From contig CM120644.1 in assembly GCA_051362555.1 (NCBI GenBank), positions 16,452,534 through 16,516,533 of the forward strand: a stretch of DNA of 64,000 nt, written 5' to 3'. Of this stretch, positions 13,439 to 26,097 are shown in pieces. The notes beneath the pieces were generated by a model. It was not told the DNA's origin and did no database searches. It was given only the letters and a program-made list of their open reading frames with translations. The position numbers and the translations under genes are program-made. How positions within the stretch are numbered: position 1 is the first letter of the stretch; every line of letters starts with the position of its first letter. Origin of the DNA: Lingula anatina. Taxonomy: Eukaryota; Animalia; Brachiopoda.

Positions 13439-15109
13439 ATGTCAATGACTGAGAGAGATATAGCCATCAACCTCATCTCGGCTGTTGAAGCCAATCGGGT
13501 CAGAAAGGTCGAGCAAATCTTGAGAAAAGGACCAAAGCGGTTGTGGTCGGCTTTGATTAGCAATTACAAGCCACACGCCATTGGGTCAGCAACTGTCCTT
13601 CACGTCGCCGCCCTTCAAGGGAACGTACGCATCGTTGAATTACTGCTGGAGGCAGGTGCCGACCCAAACGTACCAACACTTGAGGTGTTCCAAATCACAT
13701 CTCCAAGCCCCAAGTTCTGGTCCACCAAATCCACGCCGCTTCACCTGGCCGCCTCCGTCGGCCAGCATGAGACGGCGCGAGTACTCCTCAAGTTTCGGGC
13801 GAAAGTGGATACACAGGACAAGAACGGCAGAACCCCACTTCATCTGACATACATGAGCAAGGAGTCTGCTTGTGTGGCAGACGTCCTGTTGGAAAACCGC
13901 GCATGCGTGAACTCCATGGATGTCGACGGGAGAACCCCGCTCCATTATGCAGCCATGCACGTTGAGATCGAGACGGTGAAGCGTCTTCTCTCCGCTGGCG
14001 CCGACATTGATCTTCAGGATCACGACGGGTTGTCGCCCCTTCTCTGGGCCATTAAATACAGCGCGACGAGGGTTGCAACATATCTCTGTGCGTGTGAAGC
14101 AAACCTCCAACTTCAAGATGCCAAGGGCATGGCGCCACTGCACTGGGCAGCTCAGATAGGGCTACCAGAGTTGATCCATCTCTTTGTCGGCGTGTTCCGC
14201 GTGAACGTAGATCGGCAGGACGCTCTTGAACGCACGCCCTTGCACGTGGCGTGCCTCTATGGGGAGAGTGGAAGCGCCACGGCTCTCCTTGAATATGGCG
14301 CAGACGTCAACGCTTTGGCTCAGAACGGATATTCACCGCTGCACTACGCCGCTAAGAGTGGTGACTTAGAATCCTGCTCTCTGCTTCTCAAAATGGGTGC
14401 AAACGCGACGCAAAAGGACCGTTGGGAAAGGACGGCAGCAGATCTCGCAAGAACATCCGAGTTGCAAGATTTGCTTCAAACTGGAGAGGCAATGTCCCTG
14501 TTAGACAGGCAGGCTTTCCCCGCCAATGATTCCGACGGAGAATCCCTCATAGCTACTGGTCCTTGTGACAGCCGCCCGGGATCTAGCAAGAAATTGAGTT
14601 TAGCATCTACACGTCAGGAAAACCTTACTGACGACCAGAATCATGTTTCAGGCACAGACAGACCCAGCCATCGTCTGAGGTCCCACACCATAGAGCTACT
14701 AGAAAACATCACCGACGAGATGAAGGAAATTAAAGAGGCAGTCTCAGACATAAGGAGCTCCTCCAAGATTCCCCAAGTCTTCCACGAGAAACCATCGGAC
14801 TCATTGGAGGCTAAACTTTTTCTTCTTGTGTCGAAAAGGATCAATTGTGACTGGAAGGATTTGTTCCGATCACTCATGTCCAAATTCCATCAGTCGATGA
14901 TTGTTGAGTCGAAAATCGAAGAAATCGTGTACGCGAACGAGAAGGATCTCTCGGAACAGTGTTATATATCTCTCGTCAGATGGCGACAGAGTCGCGGGCT
15001 GCGCCTGCGCGTTGACGAGCTTATCGATGCGCTCAATGAGATCTTTAGACGGGATATAGCTGAGGAAGTGGAAAACTTTATTTCGGAGAGAGATATTTGC
15101 CAAACATGA
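13439..15109 (+). CDS. Ankyrin-repeat protein with C-terminal death domain (single coding exon)
   Basis: Repeated TPLH/SPLH/APLH ankyrin motifs (roughly 9-10 repeats), a Ser-rich linker, a short heptad segment, then a DD-like tail (FLLVSKRINCDWKDLFRSL...EQCYISLVRWRQ...LIDALNEIFRRDIAEEV). The CCACCATG at 13439 follows a likely splice acceptor at ~13374, so it is preferred over the ORF-track start at 13352. Confidence 0.88.
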   Translation: MSMTERDIAINLISAVEANRVRKVEQILRKGPKRLWSALISNYKPHAIGSATVLHVAALQGNVRIVELLLEAGADPNVPTLEVFQITSPSPKFWSTKSTPLHLAASVGQHETARVLLKFRAKVDTQDKNGRTPLHLTYMSKESACVADVLLENRACVNSMDVDGRTPLHYAAMHVEIETVKRLLSAGADIDLQDHDGLSPLLWAIKYSATRVATYLCACEANLQLQDAKGMAPLHWAAQIGLPELIHLFVGVFRVNVDRQDALERTPLHVACLYGESGSATALLEYGADVNALAQNGYSPLHYAAKSGDLESCSLLLKMGANATQKDRWERTAADLARTSELQDLLQTGEAMSLLDRQAFPANDSDGESLIATGPCDSRPGSSKKLSLASTRQENLTDDQNHVSGTDRPSHRLRSHTIELLENITDEMKEIKEAVSDIRSSSKIPQVFHEKPSDSLEAKLFLLVSKRINCDWKDLFRSLMSKFHQSMIVESKIEEIVYANEKDLSEQCYISLVRWRQSRGLRLRVDELIDALNEIFRRDIAEEVENFISERDICQT

Positions 15110-15129
15110 AGCTTTTAAGAATACATGCT

Positions 15130-16070
15130 AATGTTGAATTTTGAGTGGCTCTCAGCAAGTCAACCGTTGTTTCCAGTCCCATCCTGGATACCAGACCGCC
15201 TGTGATTTTTTCCCGTTGTCTTCCGCGGCTTCTTTTCCCATTGATTTTGGCTGTAGTGGTCAGATGCTCAAGACCCCCATTCATCATAATGTGGTCGAAA
15301 AAATTCGCTTGTCGTTTTCGAATTTTGTAAAAAAAAAAAAAAAAAAGCGATCTTTGAGCGTCTACATCTTTCAACACATTTGTATTTGTTTTTCTATATG
15401 CATCATTCGTCTGTAAAACGACATATCAGTTGCTTTGATGTTCTTCTTCGTTTGCTTACTTAGGGCCCAAGCTTTGCATCCATACATAAGAATAGGTTCA
15501 ATGTAACATTGTAAAACTTTCTTTCTTGTGATAATTGATAGATGCTTGTTCATTAAAACTGATTTCATTTTTTTGAAAAGCTGCCTTTGCTTGAGCAGTC
15601 CTTAATTTTATTTCCGTGTCGCTGCGCTCACCGGCTGCAATGCGAGTTCCTAGGTATTTAAAAAGAGGGCTTTGCTTTAGCTCCGTTCCGTTTGTGTAAA
15701 TTTTACAGTTAGCTATTTCTTTCTTTCGGCTTACTACCACTACTTCCGTCTTCTTGTTGTTCAACTCCAGTCCTTTTCACCACTTTATGTTTCCACAATG
15801 TTTAGAAGTTCTTGTACCCTAAGTCTGCCTCGTTTTCGGCAATCAGAACGGCGTCATCCGCGTATCGCAGGTTGTTAAAGATGTGACCACCAATATTGAT
15901 TCCCAGTTTCCCATCTAACTCTCATTATTTCTTCACTGTTGAGAGAGAACTGATCAGGAGATAGTACACATCCTTGCTGACGCCCCTTTTAATTTTTTTA
16001 AATGAGCTTAAGTCGTTATCGACCCGCATAGCAGCTTTCTGTTCCCAGTATACGTTTTTGACAATTCTAA
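15130..16070 (-). mobile_element. Degenerate 3' fragment of an RTE-clade LINE (reverse transcriptase pseudogene)
   Basis: Minus-strand frameshifted pieces NNLRYADDAVLI (~15845-15876), FKYLG, CYIEPILMYGCKAW and KINGKRSRGRQR, the typical RTE/BovB ORF2 C-terminus. Confidence 0.88.
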
Positions 16071-18219
16071 TATAAATATGCATACAATAATTTAAATGCA
16101 AATCACTGCAAATGTGTTTTCCTATTTGATCACAAATGATTATGACATAAAATATGTTATTGCATCAGATATAAACTTGTTTTTATGTAGATGACAAGAA
16201 TCGTTCTGTAATATTCTTGAAACAGTCAAAAGGGAATAAATATATCACACTGTACCGGTGAAAAATGTTTTGAGGTTAATGGGCGACTTCCTTTTTTCAT
16301 TGGGAATTTGTTTTTGGAGGGAGAGAGAGAGAGAGAGTGAGAGGGTGAAATGGTTTGATCTTACACTGCATTCATACCGCGTTCATACTGCAATTTTGTG
16401 TTGAGCACTGTCCTTGTTTGCTATCGCTCAATATATAGGCCTACCACGTGAATCATTTTTACAATCTCTGCGTGGGTCCAACATACCTTATCAGAGCCCC
16501 TTTAAACGTAAACTGGGTGCACTGATAAATTGATAAGTTAGAAACACGTTTCGCAATAAAACGTCACTGTCGTTGTTTAGACAGTTCTATGTCACACAAG
16601 TAGGCTAACTCATGCGCCTTACATCACTCCCTTATATTCCTCCCCAATTTCAGATAGTTATTTAGTAAAAGACAAAAATATGTCAAGGTATTCTGTTACA
16701 GACAAAACTATGCTAAATACATGCCTAGATGGGGTTTCTATATTAAACTGAAGAATCTGACCGTGATCAAGTGTCGTAATTAAGGCCGACATTGCGTTGT
16801 TATTTGATGACTTTTTAAAATTTTTGTATTGAATCATAATCTATTAATATCAAATTCAAATAGATCTGTCCACGTATTTATCTTTGAAAATTATTTTTAT
16901 TTTATTTTATTTTTTTTTTTTGGAAGGGGGCCGGAGGGGGGGGGGGGGAAATCCTGGATCCGCCCCTGCAGGTTTAAGAAAAGCGTAAGACGGGAATTAC
17001 CTGTGCAGAGCACAATACCACCCTGTTGTACGTGTAATTTTTTCACGTACACGTAGGCCTATATGTGCCAACACGCAATGTACGTGCATAGGCATGGCTA
17101 TGTAGAGAAATCGAATAACAATACCAATTTTGACTTACGGGATTACGGAATACGTGCAAGCACGAGTATAGGCTCTACTGGTACATTACAGGGCACAATT
17201 TACAAAAATACATTATAGATGGCAGCACACATCCCGCAATGCCTGCAATGCCTTGTATTGGTACAAAAGCTATTTAAAGCACCTTTTTTTAGGTCACGCT
17301 CCTGTAGGTCGCCGCCATATCGGTGTTATGCTTTGAATATCATACAGGTACATTGTACGTTGGTGGAATGTTGGTTTACACTGATGCAAAGGCTCTTTCA
17401 CACCTAGCGTAAAGAGGTACGTATGAGTTTCGTATGTGACATCCACTATATAAACAGCTTTTCAAGCGTATGAAATCACCAGGGCAGGCTACCCTGTTTA
17501 CAGCATACCCCTGTATATATAAGAATAAAAATAAAAGCAGCGTATGGGATTGTTTTGGAACATGCTCAAAACATTTAATCTCCCTCCGGGTATTCGAACG
17601 TTCACCGACGTTTGCCTGTGCACTCAAGACGTATAGGCCTACGACGTAAGGACTGCGAATGGGCACTTTGTCTCAAAGGAGAGCACACAGCACAGGTATA
17701 AAACATCTGCGCATGCGTGCAAAATTGACAGAGCCTGCCAGTGTTTACAGTCTAGTTCATTTGGTTTAATTTGCTTTCTTGTGTCGTTTGAAAAATTAAT
17801 GGTGAATTCTTTGTTGATTATACGTATTAAAAGCTAAATCCAACAGGCTTTGCTAAATTGACGCCTGCTTTGTATATAGGCCTATTTTATGTAAACTGAG
17901 CATAAATACAAATGTTGCCTTTCTGCGTCCCAAATGTGCCTACAGTATGAACAGGCACTGAGCTTATTATTTTTTTTAAATTTATGCCCTGGTTAGTGAG
18001 CATCGGGGAGGGGGGTCACTGGGCTAAATTTGGCACGTATAAGGTTGTTGCTTGGTAATATGTTAGGCCTGCCACCGTAGGATTTTAAAGCTTAATTGCC
18101 TCCCAGATTTTAAGTAGGCCTACGACGGGAAACTCAAGATTTTTACTTAGTTAAAATGGTTAAATTACAAAGAGGACTATTTTTTCAAATTTCAGCAAAC
18201 GTCAAACAGATAGGTGACA

Positions 18220-19662
18220 ATGGCGGCACAGACATCCCTTTCACTTTCTGACAAGGGCACGCTTCGCCCGCTTGGGCAGTTTGAGAACGCGTTCGCAACA
18301 ATGCATGGATGTAAGAACACAACAATAGCCTTCACCTCGTGGATGAACTCGAAAAATTTCCTCTCAGACGATGTTTGGAAAACTTCACTTCACCTGCTCC
18401 AGAAAAACATCCCACACCTTCGTATAAACATAGAATGGAAAGACGGCAAGAGGTACTTCAAGTACATAGACGATCCCCATGTGGATTTTGAGATCTTGGA
18501 TGTGACGTCAGACGATAACTGGAAGACTGTGCACGAGGATATGATGAGCGTGAGGTTTGATAAAGAGAATGCACCTCTTTGGAAGATAAAGATTTTGCGT
18601 ATGCCTAAGGTATGTGATGTCAACCACAAAGTGGAATCTACTCCAGATGCCTCGGGTGGTTTTGAAACAGTAGTAGTGTTTGGCATTGATCATGCTGTAT
18701 TCGATGGAATGTCAGATATACTGATGTTGAAGAAACTGCTTCAAATCCTTAACGCGGTCACAAAGAAAGAATCAATCGAAGATGACGAAGTCGTCACATT
18801 TCATCGGAACTTGGAGGCGTTGTTGCCCCAAGACAAGCTGGAATTCAAGTGGAGAGACTATTTCCAAGTAATAAAAGAACACATACACAGTTTATTTCCT
18901 TACCACAGTCAGTACTTGACGTGTTTTCCACCACCACCAAAATCAGACGAGGGACACACAAAAACGATTGCTTTCCATTTCACGATTTTAGAAACGGAAA
19001 GAATCATAGCAAAATGCAAGGAATGCGAGACAACTGTTCATGGCCTTTTGGTGGCTGCTGCATCCACGGCTCTAGCAAATGCCATAAACGAAGGAAAAGC
19101 GCCACGTAGAATAGATGTTCCGTCATCCCATATGGTTAATATGCGACGTTTCATGCCACCTGAGCTTCAAAATGCGTTCGGTCTTCTCATTGCTTCGGTT
19201 CACCTCACAGTGAGTGTTCCTGCTGCTGTCACCTATCGATCATTTTGGGAACTAGCCAAGAGTTCAAAACGGACACTTCACAATAGTTTGAATAACGGAG
19301 ATGCAATAGAAGGTTGTAAAATGTTCAACTACTTTGTCCCTGACGATAACAGCGTGAAACGATTGATGGCATCTGATATATGCAAATATGAATTTGGCAC
19401 TTCAAATATGGGGGACTGTGACAAGTTGTGTCCTCCTGAAAAAGCAGACGATAATGTTCATGCCGCGAGAATAGTTTCCTCCTCCGCGATGCAGAATTTG
19501 TCCAAACCGTTTTATCACTACCTGCGTAAATTCCGCGGTCGCTTCTGTTACAATCTTGACTACGGGACCAACAGGGTGTGCGAAGTGAACGCCATCAGAT
19601 ATGCCGAGATGACAGTGAAGCTGATGAAGATGGCGGCTGGCGACGAGAAAATGTGGACATAA
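18220..19662 (+). CDS. CoA-dependent acyltransferase of condensation-domain / alcohol O-acetyltransferase (AATase, PapA5-like) fold
   Basis: 480-aa ORF with N-terminal RPLGQFE, LLQKNIPHLR, APLWKIKIL, catalytic IDHAVFDGMS (HxxxDG), CKECETTVHGLLVAAAS, VNMRRF, FWELAK and TSNMG. A splice acceptor TTTCAG ends at 18195, just before the ATG at 18220. Confidence 0.85.
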   Translation: MAAQTSLSLSDKGTLRPLGQFENAFATMHGCKNTTIAFTSWMNSKNFLSDDVWKTSLHLLQKNIPHLRINIEWKDGKRYFKYIDDPHVDFEILDVTSDDNWKTVHEDMMSVRFDKENAPLWKIKILRMPKVCDVNHKVESTPDASGGFETVVVFGIDHAVFDGMSDILMLKKLLQILNAVTKKESIEDDEVVTFHRNLEALLPQDKLEFKWRDYFQVIKEHIHSLFPYHSQYLTCFPPPPKSDEGHTKTIAFHFTILETERIIAKCKECETTVHGLLVAAASTALANAINEGKAPRRIDVPSSHMVNMRRFMPPELQNAFGLLIASVHLTVSVPAAVTYRSFWELAKSSKRTLHNSLNNGDAIEGCKMFNYFVPDDNSVKRLMASDICKYEFGTSNMGDCDKLCPPEKADDNVHAARIVSSSAMQNLSKPFYHYLRKFRGRFCYNLDYGTNRVCEVNAIRYAEMTVKLMKMAAGDEKMWT

Positions 19663-21025
19663 TTCGTAGGCGTACTTGTAAATTATTCTTTCCTTTGCAC
19701 AGTGGTTTTTAAAGACTGGAATGGTGGAGGGGAAGATGCTGGACAAAAAGAAAAAGATTACAGTCAAATTGGACTGTATGGTATCTTATATTAGAGCCCA
19801 TCATCATTTGAGAAAAGGAGGCCAGGGGATTTCTTTTCTTTTTTTTTCTCTTTTTTTTTTTGAACCCTGGTGTTGCGTGTTGCAGACACGAGGCTTACAA
19901 CATATAATTTTATAGTATAGTTTTAAAAGATGATAAATTTGAGGCATAACTTAGGCTGGGAATAGAAGCCTAGATGCCAACATATCCCCGAAAAAATATC
20001 CTTTTTGATGGTTACTCTTTAAGAAACGGGTCCCCCATGTCATTTATAGCACTATTTACAGTGGTGTTGCAATACTAATGTCACCCCATGTAGTTTAAGT
20101 CTAGTTTAAACCTATGGTACATGTATTCATACAGCAATCAAAGAAAAAGTTCATAATATGTAAATGGTGTTAAAACTTGTGAAAATATTTTCCTTCTTTC
20201 ACGAAGCAAGAAAGTTAAAACTCATTCGATGAGGTGAGGCAACATTCGGATGCTTGACTAAAAAGGGAACCTTTCATTGTTTGCAAGGAGACTACTACTG
20301 CCAATCGTGTAACGCCAAAATTGAAAATGTCATCCTTTGTTATATGGTACAAGGTACCACTAGTTTCCCGATCGTTTTGACGACAATTTAATACGGTGAT
20401 TAATATAAGGATAACTATTACTCGTGGCAGAATTTTTAATGAGCCCGCAACACGCATAATCTGCAACAAGAAAATGTTGTTGAAATGTGGAATCTTTGTA
20501 AAAAAAAAAACGGAAAAATACTGTTGGTTATATATTATCAGAAAATTACCGGCAACATGCATAAATAGTTGCAACAATTCTGAGGAAAAAATTCATGTCT
20601 CCATGGACAAGTTGCAGCAAATAGGAGTGGTGTGCCAATATTATAAACGGTTTATACGTTCTTTTTTATTTTATTTTATTTTATTTTATTTTATTTATTT
20701 ATTTATTTATTTTTTTTTTTTTTTTGGGGGGGGGGTTAAATCGGTAGAAACACTCTGTGTAAAGCCAAGGAAATATTTAACGCTTAATCACTTCGTACCT
20801 GACAAATGTTCCGGTGAATTTGGCTGTATCACACGGCTTGCAGGCATGCGGTTGATCAGTGCGATTGTTCCTAATATAACTCCATCGTGACTAGCCGCTG
20901 AGTCACATACACGTTAGGCTCATTTCCATATTGAGCAACTTGGGCAGATCACATAACAACGCTAATTTGACTTCATATGTGACACTGTCCCGTTGCTGAA
21001 GTATTGGGAGAGTCAGCTTAATTAA

Positions 21026-21230
21026 GACCCCGTTCCCATACCTAGATCGATCTAGCAGAATCAATCCATCTCCAGGGGGTTTCTCACTAAATTGCATTCA
21101 ACTCAAGCGGCTCTGATGTCTGGCACGCGTACTGAAACTATTATAGGGGTAATTAACTACCGTTTACCTTACCTTGGAGAAACAATGTAGGTAGATCCTG
21201 CTGGATAAATCTAGGTATGGGAATTGGGTC
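21026..21230. mobile_element. Harbinger/Tourist-like MITE related to the 8167 family
   Basis: TIR GACCCCGTTCCCATACCTAGA / TCTAGGTATGGGAATTGGGTC with TAA/TTA flanks; shares the GGGGTAATTAACT core with the 8167 and 40657 copies. Confidence 0.7.
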
Positions 21231-21981
21231 TTAGACCATGAGCAAGGCCTTGTGTTATATTAAGTAAAAGCTTAAGGGTCGGTGTTTCAGATATCATGCA
21301 GTAAAAGTTCCCCCACTCGGACACTGTTGAACTTAAACAAGCAAAAGGGGTCATTACAGCTTTATAAATACAAGGCTATTAGAAAAAAAATTGATTAGTT
21401 TTCGTTGTGAAGCAAAGATTTGTTTTATCAGGGCGCAAGTAACCATGTATTGTGGGTAGCCAAACCACCAAATTTCATACTTTGCCAGAAAAAAAATAAT
21501 AATAATTATGAAATAAAATGAAATTTGAAAAAAAGGAACAATGCAGAACACGATCGCCGATTTGTTTCTCGGAAAGTCGTAACAGGCAGTAACCGATTTG
21601 TTTCTTGGAAAGAAGCAACAGACAGTAACCTCTCTTACTTTCGCCACTTTTCATATCTAATCACCCCCTTTAGCGTCGTGCTTTAATGCTCCCACAACAC
21701 ATAGCCCCAATGTCGCCTGTATAACTTGTAACTTGGGACGACAATCGTTTAGGAGAACGTGGGACAATAAACTTGAAACATTTAATGACTCACGAAAAAC
21801 CATTAAGATTCATTTGAAAGGAACGTACCCCGCAATATATGACACGCAACTTTTTACATCGAAGGTATATATAAGCACTTGTTGTCGAGTTGTCAGGTAT
21901 TCATATCCAGGACAACAACATTGTAAGCATTTGTGTTTGAAGCAAAACAGACTCCTTAGGCGCCTGCGATCGGTGTACAGC

Positions 21982-22122
21982 ATGGTTTTCCAATGGACGG
22001 TTGGATTGTTGCTTTTCCTTGTGACGTTAGGTAGGTGGCAAGGGTTATACATTAAATAATCATTGCATTTTTTAAGCATTACATGGTCCCGCTCCAAGGT
22101 TCTAATGGTTTCTTTTGTGCTC

Positions 22123-22153
<31 letters not shown>

Positions 22154-25100
22154 AATCTGTCTACATGTATATGTCTTATTTTTTGAGGGCAGAAAAATAT
22201 CACACAATATTGGAGTGTATAGGCTTTACTGTACAATGTAGAATTGAACTTTTATCCTCATAATGCCTTTTTCTTGGACATAAGGGACTGGCTGCTATGA
22301 CAACTTTTTTCGTCATTATGGTGGATAGAAGCTCTGAAACGCGATCGTTTAATGCATCGCAATTGCGTGGCCTATGTCTTTATTTAGGAATTTTGATTAT
22401 AAACTAAAGTGCGCTTGCCACGGACTCTTCCTCGATCAAAATAGTTCTTAGCCACGACAGGATTATCTTTTAACAAATGCCAAAAATGATGTTATTATGG
22501 AGCAAAAGTGGAGTTAATACGGACACTATCTGACTGCTTTTTGCAGTTTTATGTTAACGAAACCACATTTGGTCAAGTAGGCACGAAAGACAACCATGTT
22601 TCTTTTCCCCTCACAAGAAGAAAGGAAGCGTTTTCCACGCCTTATTTCATCAAAACTTTAGGTTTTGACTTTGATTTTTTTTTTTTTTTTTTTTTGATGT
22701 AACGTACCATTAATAGGCGGATTCAGGTGGCTTTACAATTTGCGCCTATGCCTATATAGTTTTGTGCAATAATGGCGTTGGAACCCCTCCCCCCCCAACC
22801 TTCCCCTTGCTATTCTTGATCCGCAAGAGTGGAATTCATTTTTAACAAGTCTGGGGAAAAAACGGAAGAGGGGAAATCTTCACAAACGGCTACTCGGCGT
22901 ATAATCATCAAAATTTAGATAAATTATTTATCCTTCTAAAACAAACCAGTTAAAGTTGTGGCAACTTGTACGGGATTTCAGAAGATTTTAAGTTTCCCAC
23001 AGATCGTCAATTTAGAATCCTGCCCGAGCTCATTAAAAACAACAGCCTCCGGCCACTGGTAATTATTTTCAGATGAAGCTGTTCATAATGAGATGCGTAA
23101 TTCCTACGCAGAATCAATTTACGACCACTGTGACAATAACGACCACTTTGTACAATTGTTTATGGTCTTTTTTGTGATTTGTTTTCAACACCCGTCACAT
23201 GATTCGCCTACCACCATTAGGGAAAGACGATTCTCACCAACACGTTTTATGTGAAACACTTACAAGAGATATTCAATTCATATAATCATCTCATTAAAAG
23301 GGACATCTTAACGATGACTGTACAGGAACTATCCATCTTGGTTAACAGAAGAATTTAACAACCTAAAAACCTAGTGATCTTTTATGCCCCTCCAAAAAAG
23401 AATATTTTATGTATATGTAGTGATAAACTGTTTATTTATTGAAACGAGAGAGTTGGACATAGTAGTGCTATTTTTGTCAAGCTCCGCGTCGGTTTTATCA
23501 CAACACGACAGGAAAAAACGAAGCAATCGCAAATAATAAGCTAGTTGAACAAGGCATGCCGTGTATACGGTTTGTACTTGGCATGTGAATGTATCATTGT
23601 GTCATCTATGTGGTAGCCTATGGAGAAAAGGGTACATATGTAGGACAAAAAGTTTATTTCAAATTAGGGTATAATATATAAAAACCATGCTATAATTATA
23701 GTTGGTGTTATACCAGTACGGTATATATACAGTATGGTGTTATTACAGTAATTGCATTTGATGATTTGTGAAGAAAGTGAGTTATCGAATAGTGCCCCCC
23801 CCCCTTTTACAGGCACGGGCCCCTGTTTCACAAAAACAAGCAAACAAATAAATAAATAAATAAATAAATAAATAAATTAGGTTCTCTGCGTAAGAACTTA
23901 ATTACCAAAGTTACATGTCCACGTGCGTAAATCTCACCCTATCAGGAACAGTGTTAAAGCACTCTCACGGAAATCCAAGTCAACTAAGCCAGGGAACTGA
24001 CTTTTTTTTTTTTTTTTTTTTTTTGTGAAACTGGGGCCAGGTCATGGAAAACCTATCATTATTAGTCTCACTCAAATTAACATGTTCGTACATATATACA
24101 CAAGGTTTAGTTAGAAGGTTATTTTATGAAAACTTGTCAATAATTCATTCAGGGAATTCTCAGTGCCATGGCATTTATCCAACTCTGTTCTGGCATATTA
24201 TACTGGAACTATTTATTTTCGCCTAGAGTTAGGTTTTTGTAAAACAAAATAATTTCCTTTTTTCGTCAGTTTACAGTTAAACCCAATCTTCAATGGTTTT
24301 TGACAGAAACGAACCAAGTTTAGTGCTTATGTACCATTTACCTTTCATTTTAGAGCATCTTAAACGTAAATGTTTTTTTTTTTTTTTCAATTTTGATAAA
24401 AAAAAGAATAGATCTATTATTGTTTATTTAAGTTTTATTCAAATCCGTTAGGAAATGTTTTCATTACGCCAGTATTATTATTCATATCTTATAGTTAAAA
24501 GTATTGTTTATTATATGATTTTAAAAGGCGAGCATATCGTGTTAGAATAGCACATTTCCACCTTTACATGTGTAAGTATGATCCTGGAATAAATACTGAT
24601 TGATTTAAAAAAGAAACTATTTCATTTGTAGGGGCAGTGAAGAGTCAACTTTCCAATGATCCGAACCCTAGCACCGCCTTTCCTGAAGCACCTGCCAGTA
24701 CTGACACTACATTACCGACAACAACACCAAACACTTATCCAAAGAAAGACGGCGACGACAAAGGTTAGTGTTTGGAACCAATGGTAGAAACATGTGACCA
24801 GATTACATAATAATAACAACAGTGTCATGAATTTCAATTCAGATAATCCAAATAAGACAATTAAGGGGTAACCAATGGCCAAAACCATTATCTGTCGCAC
24901 GGCGAAGAATAAAGTCGTTGCACTAATCTGAAGAACAAAAGCAAAGGTTGTATCACAAATAATGCCTAATACATTTAAACTTATTTGAAAAGATGTCCTA
25001 GTGTTCTTGTCAGTAGAGCTATTGTAGAGATAATATACCGGTGTTTACTGCATCTCTATTAAATACGTTTTTAGATCACACAGCGTTTGTTCTAGTTGAC

Positions 25101-26046
25101 ATTTTCGTTGCTTCTTTTCATTCCTTTTATTTACGTTTGGTTTGTTATTTCTTTATTCTGTCGCTATTGATAACTCCGAATTCTATGTTTGAAAAGCAAT
25201 TTCCCTTTAACTGTGCTCTGTCAGGCCTGTAGCCACGGGGGGTTCGGGGGGTTCAAAAGAACCCCCTTTTTACCGGTAAAAGGTCCCCTCTGGGTAAAAA
25301 TTTTATCTAGGCACATGAAGGTTTCATGGTAAAAGGTCCACTTTTTCAGAAAAAGAGCCCCCCTTTTGTTGACCATAATTTTCGAGGCCATTTGATATCA
25401 CAGTTTTATAATCTCGTAACTTCTCGTCTCATCACGCCAACATCAACCATTGAGTGACGTCACAATGGTTTCTGTTCTGTTATTTCCAGATCCCTCACAC
25501 TTGCACACAATGACCATATGTGAGGACCATCAGGAGACGTTGAGATGTCCAGAGGGGTACGTAATTATGTACTACTCTCACATTAACATCATTCATTTAC
25601 TTTTTTTTTTTCATTTCATCTACTCAGTACAATTACGCCGTGCTTACAAACAGAACGGGTAATTCATCTTTTCGTCATGAAATCTATTCATTTTTTTAAC
25701 ATCACATCATTTCATATTTTTCATATTTCGTATCTGATATATGGACTTTCGGGAATATATCATCTACAGGTAGCTTTCTCTGCTATTTTTACTTTTGAAT
25801 TAAGGTGTTCCCATATATTGTAAAATAAAGCACAGCTAAACCCATACAATTTCAAATAGTGATGCTGTCCCGCTAGGACCTCAACTCGAAGCACCGATGG
25901 CTTTTATCTCCTGTGTGATATATGTATCACTTCATACATGTTGTATTATTGTTTGATTATGTGTATCATTTGGAATTATTTTGTCTTTGGTAGATTTCAA
26001 AGCAAGTACACATGGATAGGACTATGTCCCGTCCAATGCTCAACAA

Positions 26047-26097
<51 letters not shown>

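Noticed and set aside
13640-14883. Antisense or alternate-frame ORFs overlapping the ANK-DD, acyltransferase, sulfotransferase and TLR genes
   Set aside because: Shadow ORFs of real coding sequence with no independent motifs.
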